Source: Eledone cirrhosa (taxonomy: Eukaryota). From it: a DNA stretch of 64,000 nt. Shown here piece after piece: positions 53,078 through 64,000 of the stretch; positions within the stretch are counted from its first letter, which is position 1; each line of letters begins with the position of its first letter. The notes beneath the pieces were generated by a model that was given only the letters and a program-made list of their open reading frames with translations, was not told the origin of the DNA and ran no database searches. Both the position numbers and the translations under genes were made by a program. Where the stretch lies: contig OZ024741.1 in the NCBI GenBank assembly GCA_964016885.1, positions 94,240,001-94,304,000 on the forward strand, in the 5' to 3' direction.

Positions 53078-53973
53078 TGAGGATGTCTGTCTGTGTATGT
53101 GCGAGTTCGAATCCCTAAAACTCGAGAACCACCCAACCGACTGTTTTCAAACTTTACACATGTAATACTTATGTTTCAGGGAGTGTTCTGAGTAAAGAAA
53201 AATTTCTGATTTTCTATACCCCAGGGACCACATTTGGCGATTTAACGATCTCGCTCTATAATTCTTAGTCTTTCTCTTTTTAGATAGATACATACTTATA
53301 ACCTCGCCCTTATAATATATGTCTGTATGTCTGGCTGTCTGCATTACGTCACTTCCCTGAGGATGTCTGTCTGTGTGTGTGTCTGTGAGTTTGAATCCCT
53401 AAAATTCGAGAAGTACCCAACCGATTTCTTTCAAACTTTACATGTGTATTACTTATGTTTCAGGGAGTGTTATGCACATAAAATTCAACTTTTTTTTTAT
53501 CTCCTAGGGCCCACATTAGGTGAAAAACTGCGTTGTTTAACATTTTTAGGGTTTGAGGCGTTACGTCAGACCGATTTCCTTGAAATTGTAACTATGTATT
53601 AGTCAGTCTCTTCTTCATACCGTAAGCAAAGAAAATCCAACTTTCTTATGGCCTAGGGCCCGCATTAGGTGAAAAACTTAATTTTTTCAGCTTCTTAGGG
53701 CTTTTTGGAGACGTTACGCCTAGCCGATTTTCCAGAAATTTCAAGGCATATTATGCACATAAAAAAAATTCATTTTCTTGATCCCCTAGGGCCCGCATTA
53801 GGTGAAAACCTGCATTTTTCCTGCTTCATCGAGGAAAATCTTAAAGATTATCCAGCCATCAGAGTATTCGGTTTATTTTCTTTACATATTGTCCTGGCAT
53901 GCAGTTTTTAGCTCTATTGGCGGCCCGCGTTCCAAAATACCTTATCCTGTGCAACGCCGGGTACCACTGCTAG
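53034..53973 (+). mobile_element. Non-autonomous Helitron (same family as 32795) with a duplicated 5' segment
   Basis: TC(TA)n-AAACTGAGGATGTC...GTGCAACGCCGGGTACCACTGCTAG|T. Confidence 0.82.
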
Positions 53974-54051
53974 TATATTATATATACAATAATGAGAGGT
54001 ACACAAATATATGTGTATACATACATATACATGCATATATACACATATATT

Positions 54052-54368
54052 TTTTTTCACAAGTATGTGAGATTGTGTGTTGTCGACCTTAACCAGTGTT
54101 GCTCGATGACTATGAGAGACAAGATAATCGGAATAATTAAATTGACTTGATATCAGAGCTAGGTAATATATTATAAAGTAAGAAGAAATATTATACATAA
54201 ATAAATACCTATTTTTTCTTCAAATTTCGACTGTACAGTTTCGTGGCTACCATACAAAAATGTTACATCTCTATGATATAGGATTTTTGCAGTGTAGCCA
54301 CAAAACTGTACAGTCGGGAATTTGAAGAAAAAATAGGTATTTATTTATGTCTAATATTTCTTCTTACT

Positions 54369-54412
<44 letters not shown>

Positions 54413-54512
54413 TAGATATATAGATATATATATAATATATTATAAAGTAAGAAGAAATATTAGACATAAATAAATACCTATTTTTTCTTCAAATTCCCGA
54501 CTGTACAATTTC
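54052..54512 (-). mobile_element. PLE-end fold-back mini-element, family 3, plus a third arm
   Basis: Hairpin 54166-54379; minus strand GCCAC-GAAA-CTGTACAG-TC; extra arm at 54432-54512. Confidence 0.75.
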
Positions 54513-55394
54513 CCCTCTTTCGGTAAATGAAAATACTCGGAGTGGCTTAATCCGCCCCGAGGGGGGGGGGGGGGGTTTAACCGCCACATAGTACCTTTAA
54601 ATTACAGATCAAATCAGAACTATTAGATATATCAACCTTAAAATGTTAAACTGTTTAACTTTAAATTTTCTAATTTCTTTGATATTAATTATGAATTATT
54701 AATCTTTGTCTTCATCCTAAGTCTAAACAAAAACGTAACGTTTCAATCTTCTGCTCACACATTATAACACACTGACCCCCACTATATTCACCTCTGCTAA
54801 GATACGGGTCCCTGTGAACATTTTCTCGCGCCACTCCTGGCCTGACTGTAGTCTGACATTAATATCGACCTTTCTTCCTCTTTCTTTCTATCTTCCCTCT
54901 TGTAGCCATCAACCCTTACTCCTCTACTTCTTCCTTTTCTTCCTTCTTTTCTCCCCTCTTTCTGTCTTCCTCCCGCAGACTTATCTTCTTTCCCCCTTTT
55001 TGTTCGCCTATATCTGACCAGTAGTAGTTGTTTAGATACGGGTCCCGTAGAATAACAAAATTTCTTCGCGACAATCCTGGCCTGACTGTAATACCGACCT
55101 TCCCTCCTCTTTCTTTCTGTCTTTCTTCTTATAGCTGACATTAACCCTGGCTTCTCTTCTTCTTCCTTCCCCTTCTTCTCTCTCCTTCCTTTCTTTCTTT
55201 CTTTTGTCTTGTAACTTATGTTCCCATCCCTTTCTGTTTTCCTTTATCTGACCGGTAGTAGCACACTATGAGCTTTAGCCACGTCACTCGAGGGCGACTG
55301 GCTAAGGTAGAGGGTGCAAGATAGCGGTCGCCCTCGGGTCCTCGATTTTCAGCCCCATGGACTTTATCTATTACATTCACGTATTATATTTCGA

Positions 55395-55452
55395 ATACCT
55401 GATGATATCACCGGATTCATACGGAACCCGGTCATTGAAATGATCATAGTAT
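55395..55452 (+). ncRNA. Type I hammerhead ribozyme ending a PLE 3' region (about 54760-55500)
   Basis: ATAC-CTGATGA-tATCACCGG...CCGGTCATt-GAAA-TGATCA-TA-GTAT, then AATAAA. Confidence 0.85.
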
Positions 55453-55500
55453 AATAAACCTTTCAAAGATTTACACAAATCCAGCCTCCTGTCATTTCAT

Positions 55501-55573
<73 letters not shown>

Positions 55574-55578
55574 CATAC

Positions 55579-55609
<31 letters not shown>

Positions 55610-55662
55610 CATATATATATATACATATATATATATACATATATATATATACATATATATAC

Positions 55663-55693
<31 letters not shown>

Positions 55694-55694
55694 C

Positions 55695-55749
<55 letters not shown>

Positions 55750-55848
55750 CATATATATATATACATATATATATATACATATATATACATACATATATAT
55801 ATATACATATATATATATACATATATATATATACATATATATATATAC

Positions 55849-57053
<1,205 letters not shown>

Positions 57054-57074
57054 TGTGTATATATATATATATAT

Positions 57075-57268
57075 ATAGGAACAAGTAAGACCCCGACGGC
57101 TGAGCTCAAGCCGTTTCGGCGGCTAATTCAGTCCAGAATTAGCCGTCGAAACGGCTTGAGCTCAGCCGTCGGGGTCTTACTTGTTCCTATTACCCACTCT
57201 ACTACCCTAAGTATTGAGTACTTTGGTGCGTTATGGTCCACCTGGTTCCTTACCACATTTCCTTCGTT
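57075..57268 (+). mobile_element. Third family-1 fold-back mini-element
   Basis: Near-perfect hairpin 57075-57190 (loop AGTCCA) plus the same tail as 18213-18294. Confidence 0.8.
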
Positions 57269-57364
57269 ATATATATATATATATATATATAAAATCCAGG
57301 TCTAGCAAATAGAGAAAAAGTTTTAAAATAAATTTTAAAAAATTCACTGTACTTACTATATGTG

Positions 57365-57444
57365 CCTTTACCGCGGTTTCAAGCTCCAAAATAAACGAAT
57401 AATCCAAGCGGATCTCCATTGAGAAGGGAACTATCTTCAGACGG
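57365..57444 (-). ncRNA. Hammerhead ribozyme with a branched helix II (left arm of the 57291-57715 palindrome)
   Basis: CCGT-CTGAAGA-tAGTTCC...GGAGCTt-GAAA-CCGCGG-TA-AAGG. Confidence 0.75.
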
Positions 57445-57561
57445 TTGGATAATACTTGTATCCCTATATGTATTTTTTACACGTAGGAACACATACTTTA
57501 TTATTATTATTATGTATTCCTACGTGTAAAAAATACACATAGGGATACAAGTATTATCCAA

Positions 57562-57641
57562 CCGTCTGAAGATAGTTCCCTTCTCAATGGAGATCCGCTT
57601 GGATTATCCGTTTATTTTGGAGCTTGAAACCCCGGTAAAGG
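57562..57641 (+). ncRNA. Hammerhead ribozyme (right arm of the same palindrome)
   Basis: As the left arm, with helix III CCCCGG. Confidence 0.7.
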
Positions 57642-57710
57642 CACATATAGTAAGTACAGCGAATTTTTTAACATTTATTTTAAAACTTTTTCTCTATTTG
57701 CTAGACCTGG

Positions 57711-57793
<83 letters not shown>

Positions 57794-57819
57794 GTATATA
57801 TATATGTATATATATGAAT

Positions 57820-58047
57820 ACGCACTTATTCCACCCCACACTCAACCAACACATTTTCCTCTATTTGTTCTGTTCCTTCCTCTTTTCACTCTTTATCTTT
57901 CTATTTCACCTTTTACTTCTAACTCTATCTTCTAATGAAGGTCTAATGTCCGAAACATTCAGACTCTTTTCCTGCTATATCAAGTGTTAAGCTAATATAT
58001 ATCTTTAATGTACTGTGTCATGTGCTTTGTTATTTGTGCTTACTTTT

Positions 58048-58081
<34 letters not shown>

Positions 58082-58145
58082 AACACACACACACATACAC
58101 CCACATACATACATACATACATACATACATACATACATACATACA

Positions 58146-58176
<31 letters not shown>

Positions 58177-58400
58177 GAGATAGGAACAAGAATGGACTTG
58201 TTATTTTTCTCTAAAAACTTTTTTCCGATTCCGCCCTCTCCGTCCCTTCAATTTTTCTAATTTCTCATTGTTTCCCCTGATGAAGGACTACCGCCCGATA
58301 CATTAAGACCCTCTTCTTGCTATTTCAAGCGTTAAACAAATATATTCCTTCCATATATACTGTACCGTTTTTTTTGTAATTTCTGTTTACATTTTACAAA
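57820..58400 (+). mobile_element. Two tandem PLE pLTR ends with mutated minimal hammerheads
   Basis: CTAATGA-AGG...CC-GAAACATTC at 57932; CTGATGA-AGG...CC-GATACATTA at 58277; homologous downstream tails. Confidence 0.65.
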
Positions 58401-58411
58401 CACATATATAC

Positions 58412-58722
58412 TTGACCTGAATCGAGCTTTAACGCACTTTGTTAAAACATGAGTGGATTTATTCAGTTTCAGTTATTCTTTTACACACACCTACGCACAC
58501 ACACTCAAACACACACACCGTAAGAGAATAACTGAAAGTGAATAAATCTACCCATGTTTTAACAAAGTGACTAAAAGCTCGATGTGTTATTCAGGTCAAA
58601 TCTTGCTAGTCCTGGTAATTGAAGACCGTGAAGTAACCAAAGGCTTAACTCTTGCGTTGAGTTTTTCTCATTATTCTATAAATTCTAATACATTCGCGCT
58701 CCAGCTTGGTCTTCGAGAAAAT
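58412..58722 (+). repeat. Fold-back element with a (CA)-rich loop and an unpaired tail
   Basis: Arms 58412-58485 and 58520-58599. Confidence 0.75.
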
Positions 58723-58820
58723 TGTATATACATATATATATAAATCTCATCTATGTTAAAACTTTTATACTCTGTTATGTATTGAGTACCTTACTTACTG
58801 TGGTTACCTCCGATATATTA

Positions 58821-58953
<133 letters not shown>

Positions 58954-59149
58954 TGGCTGTAATAAAAGTAGTTTTGGGGAAAAAAATGTCTGTTGGCGGT
59001 AGTTGTGTATTATCTGTCCCTGTTTTCAACTATTGCCATAGAGCGGCGCACTCATAGACACAGATGTATCCATGGTTATATGCCAACATATATATTTTGA
59101 ATTTGAATTTGAATGTAGCGAACTCCAACATAAATTAAACTAACTTCCA

Positions 59150-59257
59150 TACATGTTATTTCAATATGCCACACTACATAAATATAGACTTAAGCAGTAA
59201 CATTGCGAAATATATATAGCTGATCAAGACAGTCTAGTGTGGGAATCATCAGATGTA
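59150..59257 (-). ncRNA. Degenerate hammerhead with a long helix II loop
   Basis: TACAT-CTGATGA-ttcCCACACTA...TAGTGTGG-catatt-GAAA-TAAC-ATGTA; U16.1 is missing. Confidence 0.5.
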
Positions 59258-59280
59258 CATAATCAGATTCAACCGTAATA

Positions 59281-59375
<95 letters not shown>

Positions 59376-59555
59376 TATACATACATATATATATACACAT
59401 ATATATACATACACATATATATATACATATATATATACACATATATATATACACATATATATACACATATATATACATACACATATATATACATATATAT
59501 ATAGACATATATATAGACATATATATACATATATATATACATATATATACACACA

Positions 59556-59631
<76 letters not shown>

Positions 59632-59983
59632 CATATATATACTTCATTTTATGTATATATTTTTCAACATTTTTATGTTGAACCAGATATTGTTATACTT
59701 TGGTAGGGCCATGCAACCAATAAGGTCCACTTCAATTTGTAATTATATTTCCAGTCGGCTAGTTTAACAAAGCTCTTTCGTCACACACTCTGTGACTTCC
59801 TTAGTGATTGCTTTTGTTACTTTGTGTCTCCTTTTTGTTCTGCTTTACAACATCTTGCCTTAGTGAGTTGTGTACCCGGAGTGCTCGTGCGTTACATTCG
59901 GGTGTGTGTGTGTTTTCATTTATCTATTTGCTTATTTATTAATTTTCCTCTTCTCACTTTCTTACTTGTCACTAGTTAGTTTA

Positions 59984-60022
<39 letters not shown>

Positions 60023-61670
60023 GGTGTGCATGTGTGTGGTTGTGGAAGGGGGTGGTCTGTCTATTCACCGTATTAGTTTTGTTCATGTGTGCTTTTATAT
60101 TGTCCTTAATCACTATATATACAGCAATAGTGAAGTATAATGTGCAACGGCAAATGAATGCTACAAGAATCAGTCAGTCAAACTCCCACTGTCATGGCCT
60201 TCATCTCTCTGATCCTCCCCATCTCTCCGTATGGTGAGCAAATGGGGTCCCACGTACTGGCCTCCCCACAGCCTCGGCGGACAGAATGGAGAAGGCGTTT
60301 CCTCGGAGGATGGTGAGGGAGATGCGCTGGAAGAGTCATTCCAACTCGCGAGGCTCACACCTGCGGCTGGTCAGCTCAGCGCCTATGGTGGTGAGTAGGG
60401 AAGTAGCCCTAGGGCCGAGGACACCATTACCAAGTCTCCATTACCAAGGGTACGGTCGCAAAGCTGTCGGAGAGCGACCGGTACTTGGGGAGTTTGGCCT
60501 CCTCAGTCCGACGTGCAGCAGAACCTGGGTTAGTCGCAGACTGCACCAGGCTGCGACTGGAGAAAGTGTCGCTGCAAGTGGCATCCTAGACGAGAGGAAA
60601 GAGGGTGGAGGCCGAAAGAGTCTACGGTGGATCCACAGCGACATTGGTGGGGCTCGTGAGGTTCTTACTTTATGCTTTCTATTTAATTTTGCTTGAAGTT
60701 CATTTTACTCTGTTATTTTACTCTTGTGCCTAAAGTAGAAACAATTATTCTATTACGTGTTCCAGTCTTCAGATTGAGGCCATGTTGGGCACCGCCATTA
60801 GCTGTTTGTAGCTTCTGTGATCTGTCGGAGCCTTGAGTCTGTACTGTGTGTAGATATAATTTTTATTTTGATGTTCTCTATTGAGTCTACATGCTCCATT
60901 CTGGCATTTTGGTGGAGTACTGATGATTTGTTCTCGTCTTTGAGTTCTCGCCAGTTTCATCCTTCCTTCTATGCTATGGGTCGCCTCACCTATATAAGTT
61001 GTGTTCCTATTCTTATACTGTCTCTCTATGCATCTTATGCTATAAACTATGTTCCTAGTTTTACGGTTAATCAGTGGCTTTAATCTGAAGACAATAATTT
61101 TCTATCTGTGCAGAAGGTTTTATGGGAAACCTGATTTTCTATCTTAATACTTAATTTCAATTTATCTCAAGGACAACCAATACCGTTTGATCCGGGAATC
61201 GAACTCACAACCTTACGATCGTTAATCGAACACTCAAACCACTAAATCACGTACCTTTACACACACAGATGTATATATACATATAATGTATATATACATG
61301 TATGTATGTATGCATGTATGTATGTGTTTATCTATACATCTATGTTTGTATCTTTGTACTAGGAACATAGTTTATAACATAATATATACGGAAAGACAGT
61401 GTTAGAATAGGAACACAACATAGATAGGTGAGACGGCCCATAGCATAGAAGAAAGGTTAAAAGAACACTGGCGTTGAAAGAACTCCAAGACGAGAACAAA
61501 TCATTTTTTGCGATGCATTGTATTTCTGGCCATAGGCGCGTCATGCTTAAGAATCAAGCGAAAGCGATGGCATTACTCGAAATCGAGTTGCAGCCATCAT
61601 GTATGTATGTATGTATGAATATGTGCAAAGGTAGGTTAATTCATAGATTGTTTACATATATATCATTTAT

Positions 61671-61727
<57 letters not shown>

Positions 61728-61730
<3 letters not shown>

Positions 61731-62365
61731 CCGACCACCACCAACATTGGATTCCACACCACCGGACACTTTTCCAGCCATCCACTTCATACCATGGAAA
61801 ATATCCACCAGTTCTTCTCACACTCGATGGAACTACCTCAGGAACTTACCCACGAAAATACACGCACATTTTTTTTCGCGCCACGCCACCCACATCCACA
61901 CCACATATAAACACAAACACACAAGTGCGTACCCCACTTATATACACTCTCAACTTCCGGAATCCAGAACATGGAACTTCGTCCTTCTGCTCACATACAC
62001 ACACACACTCACGTACACCTACACACATACACAAACACCACCTTCAACCTTCCCCGCTTCGACCCCCGCCTCCCTCGCCCAACTCCACCCGCCACCACCC
62101 TTACACACCTTACATCCTTCCACCAATTGCTCATCTTATTGTTAAATCTTATGTTTATTTTTCGTTTGTTTTTATTTTTATTTGTTTTCCTTCCCTCTTT
62201 TTTCTAAATGTATTTCCACACACCCTCGGAACTCTCTTCCTAACCTATTTATCCTGAAGAAGGGCTTATTCCCGAAACGTTGCCCCCCCCCCCTCTCAAA
62301 AGCGTGAACCTAATAAACCTTTATTTGTCTGCCTCTCTGTTTTGTTCCCGTATAAATTTGCACTA
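61728..62365 (+). mobile_element. PLE 3' fragment with a minimal hammerhead at 62253-62282
   Basis: CTGAAGA-A-GGG(cttatt)CCC-GAAACGTT, then AATAAA; CA/C-rich UTR. Confidence 0.7.
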
Positions 62366-62803
62366 TATATATATATAAATATATATATATATATTTATTA
62401 GAATAACAGATCAAAGTTAAACAAAGAATCGCTGCTTTCACCCTTAACGGGATCTTCTGAAACTAAGAAAATTCAATCTATGGATTTTATATATTTGATA
62501 TATATTTATCCTTATCGAGCCCTTTTTGGATTTTAGTCAACACATTTATTATTTTTATTACTATATATAGGGCGGTTAACTTTGTATATATATATATATA
62601 TATATATATCTACATACATATATATAGTAATATATGCATGTTTGTATACACGTATGTAGTTATTTTATAATTGTATATGTATGCATGTAAGCGTTGCATG
62701 TATGCGTTGAATGAATACTTCGCTGTGTGTGTGTACATATTTTATGTGTGTATTTCTAAGTTTGCATGTATGTATTTGTTTGTTTGTTTGTGTGTGTGTG
62801 TGT

Positions 62804-62842
<39 letters not shown>

Positions 62843-63171
62843 TGTGAGTGTGTGTCACTGTGTGTGTATTGGTGAATGTATTTACCTGTTAACACTAAAA
62901 ACATTATGTATATATGTGTGTATATATATGTATATATATATGTGTGTGTGTGTCTATTTTTCTGTGTGTGTATATATATATATAAACACACACACATATG
63001 TATATATATATAAGCCAATACTCATCTTATTCCATTTCTCCGAGGGTTCTTAACCCCACTATCAGGCTAAATAATTTCTTTAATTTCTTTAGTCAAAATA
63101 CGGCGATAGCTTACATTTCTAATAATTTCAAACCCACTCGCTGTTTCGAAAATATTCTTACTTTATATATT

Positions 63172-63204
<33 letters not shown>

Positions 63205-63353
63205 TTATATATATATACACACACAGAAAAACAGACACACACACACATATATATATACATATATATATACATATATATATATACACATATATACATAATG
63301 TTTTTAGTGTTATCAGGTAAATACATTCACCAATACACACACATATATATATA

Positions 63354-63426
63354 ATTGTTTCTACTTTAGGCACAAGGCCAGCAAATACCCAGTGCATTAC
63401 TGGTACTTTATTTTATCGACCCCGTA
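63354..63426 (-). mobile_element. 5'-truncated Nin/Deu SINE
   Basis: Near-identical to the 3' part of 5681-5860. Confidence 0.85.
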
Positions 63427-63526
63427 ATAATATATAATTATTTTATATATATATACGATATATATATATATATCGTATATATATATATAAAATAATTAAG
63501 TCAAATATGTAAAATTTGGCTTCGTT

Positions 63527-63604
<78 letters not shown>

Positions 63605-63644
63605 GTGTGTGTATATATATATATATATATTTATTTATTTATAT

Positions 63645-63683
<39 letters not shown>

Positions 63684-63811
63684 TATATATATATAACTTT
63701 GATAACTTTGATAGGTTTCGGCCAGTATTGGCCCAGACCATGTCTAGCTTAATAGCACCACCTGGCGAAGTCTTACAAACACACTTAGATACACAACTAA
63801 CCGTGGATATT

Positions 63812-63862
<51 letters not shown>

Positions 63863-63882
63863 TATATATATATGTGTGTCTC

Positions 63883-63913
<31 letters not shown>

Positions 63914-64000
63914 GTGTGTGTATATATATATATATATGTGTATATATATATTTATTAAAATAACAGATTAAAGTATAAGCAAAGAATCGCTGCTTTCACC

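Noticed and set aside
62425-62460. Minus-strand CAGAAGA-tCCC(gttaa)GGGt-GAAAGC
   Set aside because: Core U4 is mutated and helices I and III are unclear; at best a dead PLE hammerhead.

Overview
AT-rich, microsatellite-saturated animal genomic DNA, most likely from an octopod cephalopod (inferred from the tRNA/Nin-Deu SINE family and the repeat landscape). I found no intact host gene, and almost all supplied ORFs are microsatellite artefacts or antisense shadows. The main contents are: a decayed pogo/Tigger transposase with an intron and its right TIR (4150-5965); a head-to-tail array of five R4/Dong-clade RLE retrotransposons in (TAA)n (6895-15193); a near full-length Tx1 LINE ending in (TC)n (25115-30831, minus); RTE fragments and an RTE-derived triplicated element; many SINEs; and non-autonomous Helitrons. 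The most striking signal is a dense population of short Penelope-like (PLE) terminal fragments in (TA)n tracts. They carry type I hammerhead ribozymes (nine with intact cores, several degenerate). Many are fold-back hairpins, and in at least three unrelated families the fold-back apex lies in hammerhead helix II. All structures were read by eye and none was checked computationally.
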